A DNA stretch of 64,000 bases from Paragordius varius (taxonomy: Eukaryota > Animalia > Nematomorpha). Each line of letters begins with the position of its first letter. Within the stretch, counting starts at the first letter, position 1. The notes under the pieces are model-generated. The model had not been told where the DNA came from. It ran no database searches and saw only the letters and a list, made by a program, of their open reading frames with translations. Location: NCBI GenBank assembly GCA_964247055.1, contig OZ176055.1, positions 7,316,001 to 7,380,000 of the forward strand. Direction: 5' to 3'. Below, one piece after another: positions 22,688 to 36,200 of this stretch. Position numbers and translations under genes: made by a program.

Positions 22688-25285
22688 TAGGGTTGTGCAT
22701 TTGACTGCTTTTTTAAAAAAGTCCAGTCAGTCCATGGTCATGACCCTTAAGTACATATCATGCGATATTGGATTGTGAAAATAATGTTCGTACGACACTT
22801 GCGTTTCACTAATAATCTATGGTTTTTCTAAAAAGTTTACTGTATACATTTTTTGATATTTATTATTTACAAATATTTTAAATCAAATTAAATCCGTTTT
22901 CAAATAAATTTTGCCACATGTTTGTGGCCTTCTCAATATTCAAATATATAGCTTTTAATACTTGATATTTCATATAAAATTTTACATAGTTTGTTTAAAA
23001 CTTTCTTTCATCATTGAAATATCCAATTATAAAATGTTTTATCAAAATATTGGTTACATATATGGAATGATTGCATATTTTGAAAAGTGTTTGATTGTTT
23101 TGTTTTTCAAAATATTGGAATTACCAGCAAATTGTTTAAAAACAGCTGTTTTTTAAAAAACTTATAGTAATATTTTCTTTTTTTATTTTTTTGTTCAATA
23201 TTATTAAAAAAGATAAACATTTAATACAAAATAATCGATATTAAACATACTCTATTTTTAAAAATATATTAAAAGTTATTAAACATGCATCCTTATAACA
23301 TTATCATTAAAACATGAAATCCACCGTATGGAATTATTTTGAAAAACAAAACAATCAAGCACTGTGCAAGATATGCAATTATTCAATATATATGAACCAA
23401 AATAGAATGAAAAAACATCTTAAAACTGTTCATGATATTAATTCATTGGTGAAAGAAAGTGTAAAACAAACTAGGTAAAATTTAATTTAAAATATTCAGT
23501 ATTAAAAGTTAGTATTTGAAAATTCAGAAAGCGACAAACATGTGGCTAAATTTATTTATACTACTTCTGCATTCAATATTATTGAAAACAATCATTTCCA
23601 TAATTTCGTTAAAAGTTTACGTCCTAATTACGAACTTCCATCCAGGAGAAAAATTTCAAATGAGTTACTTGATGAATGTTATAAAGACATTACGAAAGAA
23701 ATTAGCTTAATTTGTGAAAACAACAACATTTCTTTGATTGTCGATTCGTATTCAAACATCCGTCGAGACCAAATAATTAACATTGTCGGACAGGGATAGC
23801 AAAAATCTTTTTTTATAAAATCAATAGATAGCGGATTTGAAAGCAAAACAGCAGAATATATTTTGAATATTTTGGACTGACCCAATTATAAATCATATTG
23901 GGTCATCAAAAGTAACGGGCTTTGTATCGGATAATGCGGCGAATATGAAGGCCGCTGGAAAATTAATTTCTAAAAAATACCCTAATATAGTATGGTATGG
24001 ATGTCAATGCCATATGATGAATAGCTCAATAAAGGAATTCATTAAGTTAAATGATATCCCGGAAACTTTATATATTGTGCGAACTGTTATCGATACTATA
24101 AAATCTAATAAATCTTATAAAAAATTTCAAAGTAACCAAAAAAATCTTAATGCAAAGCCACTGACACTTAATTTTTGGGTAATTATACACGATATTATAC
24201 CATAACTAAATTCAGAAAAGTTTTATTGATGAAAAAATAGCTATTCAAAAAATGGCAATCGATCCTCAATGGAAAGATTTTTTGACCCCTAAAGACAAAA
24301 AATCATATATTAATCAAATACTGGATGTAGATAATATTTTTTGGCCTACTGTAATGGAAACTTTAAATTTTTTTAATATATTTACTGAGGCAATAAGCAA
24401 ATTGGAATCTGATGTGTCTTTCATCCCCTGCGTTTATGATATTTGGTATCATTCAGAAAGTTTGTTTCTGAAACCTATTAATATATTTTGCCATCAAAAG
24501 GATGAAGCTATTGAATTGTTTAATAAACGTAAGTAGCAAGCGATCACTGATTTAGTTATGGCTCATTTACTAAATCCAGGTCGAAAAAATGATCTAACAA
24601 GCGAGGAATCGTCTTATGCAATTAATTTACTTCAAACTTTGTGCACAAATTATCAATATTCCTTTGAAAAGATTTACCCACATTTTGTTAATTATATCAC
24701 AAAAACCGGGCCTTTCATGCATATCAAATATGAAGGATTAGGCGTAACAGAATTTTGGAAATTTGTCAGCACGTTTACTGACTTTAAAATTTTATCTGAT
24801 CTTGTTCAAAAAATAATATAGAAGTTTTTCTATGCAAAAATACATCCATAATCCTTATCGGAATCGATGGGATGAGGAAAAATAAACTCATGTTAATTAA
24901 ATACAATCTCCGAAACGACATCGATTATATTAGCGAGTCTGAGGAGCATGAAAACATTATATTATAATTTTTAATATTTTGTGTATATTTTTTGTCAATA
25001 AATGATTAAATTTGATCGAATATATTTGTAAATAATAATTATCAAAAAAATGTATGAATACTTGATCTTATTTAGAAAAACCTTGACATTATTAGTGAAA
25101 TGTAGTGTCGTTCGAGCATTATTTAATCGCCAATATCGCATATTTACTTAAATAGGCTATTTATTATTATTACAATTTTTCAATTACCGATAATTGACAA
25201 CAAATTTTAAAAAGTGGTCATGACCGTGGTCATGACCATGGTCTGACCGGACTTTTTTGTAACAGCAGTCAAACGCACAACCCTA
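22688..25285 (+). mobile_element. Full-length but pseudogenised hAT element (BED finger, DUF659-type core)
   Basis: TIRs TAGGGTTGTGCATTTGACTGCT / AGCAGTCAAACGCACAACCCTA. Flanks GTAATAAC vs GTCAGCAC are a degenerate 8-bp TSD (5/8). BED zinc finger MKSTVWNYF...CKICN...KKHLKTVH from 23314. Broken ORFs with LPSRRKISNELLDECY, LIVDSYSN, DNAANMKAAG and YGCQCHMMN. Confidence 0.88.
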
Positions 25286-26143
25286 GTCAGCACAACCATA
25301 GTAACATTTACATTTTAAAAAAATAGGTAAAAACTTATAACCATGTATAACAAAATTTGAGTTGAAGTTATAAAGTAAACAATTTTTAGGATTTTTATTG
25401 ATTAATCGGTATGGGTTTATCCAGCATTAAACGTTATCTACCCAAAATACTAAAATATTGCAAATTTTTAGGGGCATATTTTCTGTTTTAATATGTTATT
25501 ATAATTTAATTCAAACAAATATTGGTTTTGTTTTGATTTTAAAATCATATGGTCGGAGAAAAACCCTGGAAATCAATAGCTTTTTCTTGAAATTGAAGCT
25601 TTCACGAAAAGAATTATTTATTATCATATCACACACCTGTTTTATTGCAACAAATTTATAATGGATTAGGTCAAAGTAGGTTTAGAATAATTCAATGCAA
25701 CCATAATCAAATTAATTCTAATTTTTTTTTAAAATTTTAGTTAGACAACAGGAAAGAGAATATTATTGTCTCAAAGTTATTTTATTCGCTTTTTCTTGAT
25801 AATCACCAATAATAATTCTCGGGTGTATTTGCCCTCTTGCATATTAACGGGTGTATAGTTACCACTGTATAAAATATAACAGAAAATATAAATGTTTTAA
25901 AAATAATGAGGTATGGTAATTTATAAACATATCCATTATGTGAATGCTATTAATTTCCCATAGCTTTATCAAATTTTCTTCTGTCACATAAAGGAGAACG
26001 AGATTAATTATGAGACAAAATATCATGCATATTGAAACAAAATTGATTGGGAATGTTGAAACATTGGGTAAGGAAAATAAAACGCTCACAAGAAAATTAA
26101 AATACCGATTAATAATATTAAATGAAAAGATAAAAGCGAATTA

Positions 26144-26335
26144 CCATATGAGTAAGTATACATTACTAGAAAGTTATTAATTATTGCCAAATAGTAAGTA
26201 CAACAAAGGGCAGTATTATTGGCTGATAATAGCAAAAAATGAAAAAAATAACTATAAGCCAATAAACTGCCCTTTGTTGTATATACTGTTTGGCAATAAG
26301 TAATAACTTTCTAGCAATGTATACTACTCATACTG
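26144..26335. mobile_element. Palindromic ~190-bp MITE with TA flanks
   Basis: Near-perfect foldback (ATGAGTA..TATACATT.CTAGAAAGTTATTA / TAATAACTTTCTAG.AATGTATAC.ACTCAT) bounded by TA. Confidence 0.8.
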
Positions 26336-26357
26336 TAAAAACTTCAATAATATCAAA

Positions 26358-28288
26358 CCTATATATTTATAAAAATGGAAAATGCTGGCTTTGTGATATT
26401 TTAGGCAAAGCCGGTAGAACTATTCAAATCCAAATGTCAAAAAAATATAATTATTAATGAATGCCCCGACAATAGCTTCACCCTTTTTTGAATTAGGTCC
26501 TCAGTTCGGGCCCACCTCGTGTAAAAAACGGTTTTTTTGAAAGCACAAGTCCACATCGTGTATTTGAGACAATATTCCCCAGAACGTGTCCATTTGATTT
26601 CAAATATGATTTTTTTTACTTATTTTAGATTGCGCCGAACATAGTCGGCTCGCTTTTTTAATTTAGGCCCTTATTTTACCCGCTCCACCCGTAAAATGCC
26701 ACTTTTTTCAAAAAAATTAAGTCCACAAAAATAATTTTTTGATTCTATTTCGCCCAAGGTATAAGGCCGTAAGAATTCAATAAGGATTCCACGTATTCCC
26801 TGTTAAAAGGCAAGAATTTTAGTAATCGTTTCTTTCATGATAGCTGCTGGGTAAGGAGCTACCCGCTAAAAACTGATCCGTAATATCAAAATAGTGTGCC
26901 TTTGGGGCTAAATTTCAGAAAGCCTATCAGGCCATATGAGTTCAATCCGTGCTTAAAATATTATTCGTAGAAAGTCAAATATTTAATCGAGCGGATTTTT
27001 TAAATTAGCGGTTAAATAGGCCCTTTACACCTTAAAAAATGTATCATTGAACTATTATTTAGTTTTGAAGCCATAAACTATTAGTAACATATGGAATGAA
27101 TGATGACTCCAGGTATTCCCGTATAAGGCAGATTTTTTTATCTAACCACATTTTTATATTAGCCTCTGGGTAGGGGGCTACCCGCCTAAAGCTCCACCAC
27201 CATATCAAAATTGCGTTGTTTAAGAGTTAATTTTCAGAAATCAGGCTAAATAAGTTTTATAAGGGCCTGAAATATTACCAGTAAAAAGCAAAAGTTTAAG
27301 TCGAGCGGATTTTTTAAATTAGTGGTAAATAGGCTCTGGGTAAGGGGCTACTTGCGTAAAAATGCGTCACTATATCGATACAGCATGCCTTATGAGACCA
27401 TGTGAGTTCAATAAGGGCCTAAAATATTTAATACCCCTTAAAAAACAAATATTTTAGTATGGGGGTTATTGCTAAGAAAAGTTTTACGCCCTAAAAAATT
27501 CGCCGCCATAGAACAATTTTCTGGTTTTGAAGCAATATTTCCAAGAACTTATAGGAACATATGGACATTATAATTCTAGATATTTCCCTTATAAAAACAA
27601 AAATTTTGCCAGACGCTTTTTTATACCTGCCTCTGGTAAGTACCCGCCAAAAACTGTGCCACTATATAGAAATTCTGTTTTGGAACTAATTTAAAACTTA
27701 TGCCATATGAGGTCTAAAGTATGAAATATTACCTTTAACGGTAAAAATTAAGGTCAGGCCTTTTTTTATTAGCCGTTAATTTGGGGACTTTATCTCCTAA
27801 AAATACGCCATCATACGATTATTTTGTGTTTCGAATAATCCATGAAACGATGGTCTCGAGGAGGATTCTAAATATTTACCTATAAAGGCAAAAAATTTAA
27901 CTTAGCGCTTTTTCCATATAGGCCTATGGGTAGGGGTCGACCGGCTTAAAACTGAGATATCCCTAAAAAATGGTATAGCTTTGGAGCTAATTTTTAAAAA
28001 TAAAAAGCCATACGAGTTCAATAAAAGCTTTAAATATTACCCATAAAAAGGTAAAAATTATAGTATAGCGGGTTTTTCCGTTAGCCGTCAATTTGGGGCC
28101 TTTACATCAGTAAACAATAATTAGTATGAATAAACATTTTTGAAAATCCTATGAGATCATAGCTTTTAAATAATGTTTCGAAATGATCCACATATATGGA
28201 TCATTTTATTGTCCCTTTTTTCAAATACCTCCCTCCCCCAGAAGTCCGAAGGACTTCCTCGGGCGCAGCAGCACGAGATTTACGCTAA
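26358..28288 (+). mobile_element. Non-autonomous Helitron-like element (copy 2)
   Basis: 5' A|CCTATATATTTATAAAAATGGAAAATGCTGG (T>C variant of the TC start). 3' GAAGTCCGAAGGACTTC...GCAGCACGAG-ATTTACG-CTAA|T. The interior is a reverse-complement match to 900-4300. Confidence 0.85.
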
Positions 28289-28529
28289 TATTTTTTTAAA
28301 TTACTATAGTCATTAATAATTTTTTTTGTTACTATCTTGCCCAGTCAGGCGTCACTGTGACATAGTCAAAATTATCATTTATAAATTGATAATATATTTA
28401 TGAACAAAAAAGATTTAGTCACAGACGATTTTCATATTTGGAGGCATATTTAACATAGCTTGTTGCGGTCCTAACCATGTGCTAATTTTAAAAACCTATC
28501 TTAATTCAAATTTTTGATTTTAAAAGGGA

Positions 28530-29090
28530 AATCATTGATATTCTATTTTATAAGGTCTTATAAGGATCCGAAAATTTTCAGAGGCACGTTATTTTTATAT
28601 GGTGTCCTTATATCAGAAGACTAAATCTTAATCAGCAGCTGTTTAAAAATTGCGCCTAATTAAAATTTTTGCCCTTGTATGGGAAATAGCTGAAACATTA
28701 TCCAATCTTTATGGTCTTATAATGTTCCAAAAAGATGCTTCATATTCGGTGCCGCATTTTACAGAGGTTGGCCACCAAACCAACGGTTAAATATAAATAA
28801 GCGCTTAACTAAAATTTTAAAATTTTTGGTTTTACATGAAAAGTTAAACTATTGTAAATTATATGTATACACATAAAAGGGATGAAAAATAGCTTTAGAC
28901 TCACGTTATTTTTATATGGTGGGGTCAGCGCCATATTAATAAAAAGCACTCTATTTTTGTCTTTATAATGGGAAAAACTAAACCCATATCGATTTGTCAT
29001 AGTTTCGGAGGCTTAAGTTTTTTGATAAATATGTTGTATTACGAGAGTAGCGTCTAAATACGGGGCCTAATTTTACAAACCGAAAGATTA
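28530..29090. repeat. Diverged units related to the Helitron internal repeat, without termini
   Basis: Contains AAAATTTTTGCCCTTGTATGGGAAATAGCTG, similar to units at ~1550-1580. Boundaries approximate. Confidence 0.45.
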
Positions 29091-29393
29091 TGTTTCGCGG
29101 ATTCGTAAAAAAATGCAAAAATAAATATTAATAATTTTGTGCAGCTGTGTCTAACCAAAAATTATATTTATAATTCGTTTATGTTCGCATTGAAATTGAT
29201 AAAACAACCTTATTCCTTTGTTAAGATGTATTTAAATATAATTTATTCAATTAGAGCAAAAACGTATCCAAATTATATGTAAAAACACTTCCTTCATATA
29301 ATATAAAGCATCTATGAGAGAATTTCATAGGTATAAAAGCGTAAATAACAACATTTAATAATTTATTAAAATCGTTAAGTTTTTTTCATGTAA

Positions 29394-30567
29394 TCTATAT
29401 ATTTATAAAAATGGAAAATGCTGGCTTTGTGATCTGGTACAGGAAAACCGGTAGACCCATTCAAATCCAAACTTCGAAAAAATATAATCATTAATGAATG
29501 CCCCGACAATAGCTTCGCCCTTTTTTTGAAATAGGCCCCCAGTTCGGGCCCACTCCGTGTGAAAAATGGGTTTTTTTGACACAAGTCCACAAAAATCGTG
29601 TCTTTGAGACAATTTTCCGGAGAACGTGTTGGACCATTCAATTTCAAATATAATTTTTGTTTAATTATTTTCGATTGCGCCGAACATATTCGAGTCACTT
29701 TTTTGATTTAGGCCCTCTTTTTACCCGCTACCCCCGTAAAATGCCATTTTTTTCACAAAACAAAGTCCACAAAAATAATTTTTTAAATCGATTTTTCGCC
29801 TTAGGTATGAGACCGTAAAATTCAATAAAGATTCCACGTATTCCCTGTTAAAAGGCAAAAATTTTAGTCAAGCGTTTCTTGAATGATAGCTGTTGGGTAA
29901 GGAGCTACCCGCTAAAAACTGATTTCTCATGTAACTTTGTGATCTGTTTCCGGAAAACCGGTGAACGCAATCAAATCCAAATATCGAAAAAATATAATCA
30001 TAAATAAATGTCCCGACAATAGCTTCGCCCGTTTTTAGAATTAGGTCCCCAGTTCGGGCCCACTCCGTGTGAAAAATGGGTTTTTTTGACACAAGTCCAC
30101 AAAAATCGTGTCTTTGAGACAATTTTCCGGAGAACGTGTTGGACCATTCAATTTCAAATATGATTTTGTTTACTTATTTTTGATCGCGCTGAACATAGTC
30201 GACTCACTTTTTTGATTTAGGCCCTCTTTTTACCCGCTACCCCCGTAAAATGCCATTTTTTTCACAAAACAAAGTCCACAAAAAAAATTTTTTAAATCGA
30301 TTTTTCGCCCTAAGTATGAGCAGTAAAAATTCAATATGGGTTCCACCTAATCCCTGTTAAAAGGCAAAAATTTTAGTCAGGCGTTTCTTTGATGATAGCT
30401 GCTGGGTAAGGAGCTACCCGCTAAAAACTGATTCCTCTTGTAACTTTGTGATCTGGTACCGGAAAACCGGTAGACCCATTCAAATCCAAACTTCGAAGCC
30501 ACCCCCCCCCCCCCCAGAAGTCCGAAGGACTTCCTCGGGCTGCGTAGCAGCACGAGATTTACGCTAG
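29394..30567 (+). mobile_element. Non-autonomous Helitron-like element (copy 3) with internal ~500-bp tandem duplication
   Basis: A|TCTATATATTTATAAAAATGG at 29394. Ends CTCGGGCTGC-GTA-GCAGCACGAG-ATTTACG-CTAG|T at 30567. The segment at ~29430-29935 is repeated at ~29936-30460. Confidence 0.88.
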
Positions 30568-32709
30568 TACATTGATAAAATTATTCAGGATTATATATGT
30601 AACACTAATGGTATTCTCGATTTCATATACAAAACAGTTTAATCATTCCAAATAAGAGGGTCAGTGTATTACCCTTTTTAAAAATATGTAAATTAACTTA
30701 ACAGTAAAACCTGCTACAAAATTTTAAAAACTATATAATATTCAAAATGCAGTATATTGGCTTTAAGACAGAAAAACGGCAGGCCTGATTCAAATAACGA
30801 GGAAAATTATTTATTTATGAATGAGCCAACTATAGTCTCATATTTTGAATTAGCTCCAAAAACCAGAAAACAGGATAAAATACCACCACCGAAAATTGCC
30901 TCACCTTTCCCGAAAACGTGTAGATTTGAATTATATTTTTTTAAACGATGTGCCGATCATAAGCCCCCAATTTTTTTGAATGATATTGTTGCTCTTATGA
31001 TTATTTTAACAGAGTCACCCATTAAGTTTTTAACGGATTATAAAGTCTTAGTTGAGTTTTAATCGTTTGAAGTTAAAATAACTATCACAAGCATTTTAAA
31101 TTGTGTGCGTAAAAAATAATATTAAATATTATTACAAAAATTTTAAATTTTGATTAAAAAAATATAATCATCTTAAAAAGGGGTCATTGTGTGGTAGAGT
31201 CAAAATGTATTCATTGGCAAAATCCGCTCTATTTCTTTTAGGCGCTAACCAGTAAAATGCAATTTTGGATAATTAATAAAAAAATTTAAAACAATTTTTT
31301 GCCCTAGTTATGAGGCTAGATAAATCAATAGTGATGCTAAAAGGCAAAAAAACGAATACTTTTATTTGATTAGCCGCCGGCAGATCTGCTTTCTATAAAA
31401 TTCACCGCTATATAAAAATAACGTGGCTTAATTTTAATATTCACCCAAATTATATGAGATCAGTTATATTTAAAGCTTTTGCCGGTTTAACTAAGGGAAG
31501 ATGTGAGAGCATAAGTACGCAGGCGATTAATTTGATACAAACAAACCCGCAAGTTTGTTCATTTAACAATAAAATACAAACATCCACAATTTGAGTTCAC
31601 CAGAAGCTATTGTTTTACTTTTATCATTCGGTAATCATGTTAAATTTTGTGAAAAAGATTTGCGGCGCGAATTGCTATCAGAAGAAAAAGGCTGTTGAAA
31701 GTTAGCCTTTTTTAGTAGAAACATATGGTGAACATATTCACACATGTAAAGTATGGTTTGAATATTTAAAATTATGATATGGAAAAAAGTATGCACACAC
31801 TTTGATAAACCGCAATCCCCTATATAATATTGGCCAATAAACGCAAACTATAGAATGCACCTTAAGCTGGCTGATTCGCATTATAGTTGGTCAATTAGCA
31901 ACACAGTTGTGTATGAATATAAACAACTAAATGTTGAAATTAAACAATATTTTGCTATCCTACATTACTTTGTTTATTTAATCTTGAACAAAATTTGTTT
32001 TAATACGGTACCGTATTAAAAATTAACCAACTAGAATGGGAATAATTCACCATAAATGTACATACATTAATTTAATGTGTTTTACAACAAAATACCTAAA
32101 TTACAAAAAGATTTGATTATTGACTAACATATTAATATGGGGAAATTTTTAGATTCAATTGCTTTTTTATTAGCACAACAGCTTATATGAGTGTGACCTT
32201 CTTTTAACAAATTGGCAATTTTTTAAAATAATTATATTGGATGAAAGAACATATTAATTTATATTAGAAAAATTGAATTTATATTATCGACCTTACAAGT
32301 TATATAAAAAAATATCTTAACCACCTGACACATAAAAATATTAAAAATTACTATTTTTAAAATAACAGATTCAAGGTTTTGGTGCATTGCCAAAACAGCG
32401 CAAGTATAAAATAAATCCTCATTTTCAATTTTGAATAAAAAAATATTTATTTACACTTATGGCAAATTTATATAATACAACGCTTCAACACCATATACGT
32501 GTAATATATAACCCAATACTGGTATTAGCCAACCTTAAATGTTGGCATACGCACAGATAAAACAAATATTTGAAGTAATGGGCTGGCAGTAGATTATATA
32601 ATATATATATATATATATAAACAAAGGGATAGTCAGTCATTTAAACATACATTTTATATTTTAAATAAAAAATAAATTTATCAAACAAAAAAACATTACG
32701 ATTTCAACT

Positions 32710-33182
32710 ATGGCAGCACCCAAAATGAATTTGTATGCGATGTCCATTGGGATTATGATTATGTTGGCACTATTCCCTGAAGCAATAGGTAGGTACCCCA
32801 TAATTTTAAATTTACACAGCCCCACACCATTTATTAAAAGGGTGATTTTAAATAAAAAAATTTAAATGCATGCTATGAAGTTTAGGCAATGATAAAAAAT
32901 ATCATATGAAAATGTTAGTAGCATTTAACCTCGCACCTAATCTTCAAGATATAATTTAAATATGCCCTTGAATTCTTCACACTTTTATCTAGTGTATATT
33001 CGCGCAACAGTATCTACATTTCATCTTTAAAGGTGAGGTGCATGATTTAATTCAGGAATGTCCAGCACACTTTTTTCAAACGCAAAAATACCCCAAAAAA
33101 TGTTACTATGCTTTTTTTTCTTTCTTGAATTTTACCATACATCTATTCATTTTTTCTTTATCTCTAAAATATAAATGATATA

Positions 33183-33217
<35 letters not shown>

Positions 33218-36200
33218 TAGAACAGTGGTACTCACCAAAAAAATTTGACGGGCCAAATAAAATATATTTTTTTTAAGGGCCATGAACATTATTATGGCAA
33301 ATATTCGATAGCTATTTGAATATGCACATATATATACTCTAAATCAGCACAATGAATTAGTTGAGGAACGCATGTAAAGTCAGCTAAAAACTCGTTTTGC
33401 ACCATTTAGCTTAAAAAATTAAAATATTTTGATAACAACATTTATTTTGATATTAACCAATAATTTTTGACAAATTTGGTTTCGCCTCAAAACAGGCCAA
33501 TCTTACAGTCATGTCTATATAGAATTGTCAGAAATTCGTATTTAAATGATTATAATTTTTTTTTAATTGTTTTGATGTTTGATATGTCAACTTTCAACAT
33601 GCGAATTTTTAAGCCTTAATAATAATAGCCTATTTATTGTAAGAATTTTTAATTTATAATTAAATGTTGCAAAATATTATTCTTGAACGTTTTATCTACA
33701 ACATGCGCATGTAATTTATGATAACCAAGTTTGATATTTGTTTTCATTTTCTAGGGGTTTTTAACATGCACTTAAAATATAAACTAAACTCAAGCAGATG
33801 TCCATTTAATCTCTCTATATATATATATATATATAAAGAAATAAATCATAAATCTAGAGTTATTTTAAAAAATTATGAATATCAACGATAACCCATTATT
33901 TCTTCTTTGCTCGGCAGCTAGTGTACTTGAAGGTTTATATTAAAAAATAAAAATTCAGAACGAAATCCAATATTAAAGGAAAACATAGCTCCCTCAGTTT
34001 ATACTAAGTTCAATAATAGTTTGCGATAATGCACCTATTCACAAAGCCGCGGTGGTATGTGAGCTAAGGAATAAAATTGTTTATTTACCTCCATATTCGC
34101 CACAACTGAATCCCATTGAATGTTTTTTTCATGAGATTAAACATCAATATGATAAAATACCCCGGTGTAGTACCCCTCTAGAGCAGCATAACAAAATTGC
34201 AACACTTTGCTAAGAGAGGAGGGAAAAAAATCTAAAAAAATTTATAATTCTTCACATATTTTGTTGGAATGTATACAAAGAAAACCCCTAGAAAATGAAA
34301 ACAATTATAAATTTATTTAAATATTATAATTATCAAAAGATATTTTTATCTTTTAAATTATATTTTGGTTATGTGTGTTTAAACTCTGAGTTAATAAAAT
34401 TTTATAATTAATATTTTACAAAAGATAAAAATTACAATATGCGCATGTTGTGCATCAAGAATAATATTTTGCAATATCTTTTAATTATAAATTAAAAATT
34501 CTTACAATAAATAGGCTATTATTATTTTAAGGCTTAAAAATGCGCATGTTGAAAGTTGACATATCAAACATCAAAACAATTAAAAAAAAATTATAATCAT
34601 TTAAATACGAATTTCTGACAATTCTATATAGACATGACTGTAATAGGTCGTCCATATTATCCTCGGTTAAGCGATTTCTGTTCTTGACATACTTCATTTT
34701 TGAATATGCCGTTTCACACGTGCAATTTGAGGGAAAACAGTTAGGATAACTTGAGCACATTTTTTTATATTTTCATATCTATTTGGCACTTCTTGCGAAA
34801 ACTATACATATCTTTCTTTTCTACGATTTTCCTTAAATATACTTCCAAATTGGAATCATTTTTAAAATCTACGAATTCTTTAATGATATGCGCCTGATCA
34901 AAACCGAAATGCTCAAGTTGCTTAATATTGGATATATCCATATGCCATGTAAACGATTTTTAAGCAATTTTTAATATTTTTTAATTCTAGAAATCTTAAT
35001 TTCATCTCATTAGATATATTAAATTCTATTAAATTAATTTCCCCGCGGTAAATTCATATTTTCCTCATGATTAGTTTTAAGTGTTGGAAAGTATAGGAGT
35101 GTTTTATAAAATCTTGTTTAATTATTATTTTGACTTCAAAAGCAAATATTTGATTAGCTAGTTGGGTTTTTATTTTGCCTTACAGACTTGTATTAAAAAT
35201 AAGTTTATAAGTAATGTAGCAAGAGTAGGCTAATAAAATTCACTATTTGTCACTATTAATTTCTTCGTCAAACTTTCTGTTATCTTTTATAAAGAATAGA
35301 ATTTCATGTCTTAAAACAAAAAATCCATTTAATACTTAAAAATTAGCCATCTCACAGCGGTGTACAAAAGTAGATCATCAAACTCAGTGTGGAAATCCTT
35401 CAGAAGGTTTTTGAATTTACGGCGGTTGAATTCTCTGCCAAACAGGTAGTTTACTATATTTACAATCGTTTTAATTATTGAATTGAGTGAGTCCTTTTGC
35501 CCGCGAAACCAAGTTTTGCTGATGAATAAAGGAGTGAAAAAATATATATTTTGCAAATTATATTTGTTTTCAAAAGAGGAATAAATCCTTTGTTTATTCC
35601 AATATAGAGGGACAGCCATCTGCGCTGATCAAAACCATTTTTTTAGATATACTATTATTATCGAAAAATGTTTTAATTATTTCGAGAAAATTACTTCCTT
35701 TCGTGGTATTATTCATTAGTAAAAATTAATATTACTTGTAGATTATGTTGTTATTTCAAAATCTCACGAATAGCGCACATTGAGGTGTTGAACTAATATC
35801 GATGCTAAAATCAATAGCAATACTAAAATATGTGCAGTTTTTTAATGTATTGTTAAAAATATATTTAGAGACATATTTTCAAATGCGTCGAGCACATGTT
35901 GAATCAGAAAGTTGAAATTTTTTTTAATTTGCCTCATGATTTGATCTTTATTATGGAATTTATCTAAAAAAAGTGCAGGCATTTATTAGACATTCTTTTA
36001 ATAGTTGGAAATCAGTGAACGGTTTCATATTTTGTAGCAAGTTTTAAAGCTAATGTTACAGCTTTTTCCTGAGAGAAAGATATGGACATAATAGATTTTT
36101 CTTTCTGGTATAATTCCTTTTTTATATTGTTCGTTTCTTTCCTCATGATTTTCTGGTAATTTATGAGAACGATGGATTATAAATGTTTATTAATATTGTA

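Noticed and set aside
29375-30122. Recurring ORFs such as MSQRHDFCGLVSKKP... and PFNREY...KKRADYVR (also 3897, 46391, 46775, 47348) as a gene family
   Set aside because: All lie inside Helitron interiors. Frames shift freely between copies, and there is no splice structure or recognisable motif.
30757-31062. 101-aa ORF upstream of paralog A
   Set aside because: It starts at TTG, overlaps degenerate Helitron-type repeat sequence (TTAGCTCCAAAAACC) and has no recognisable motif or splice support.
33025-33100. AAG|GT(C)GAG|GTGCAT segment in intron 1 (also ~51000) as an extra exon or microexon
   Set aside because: The length differs by one base between paralogs, so no common frame exists, and the donor is weak.
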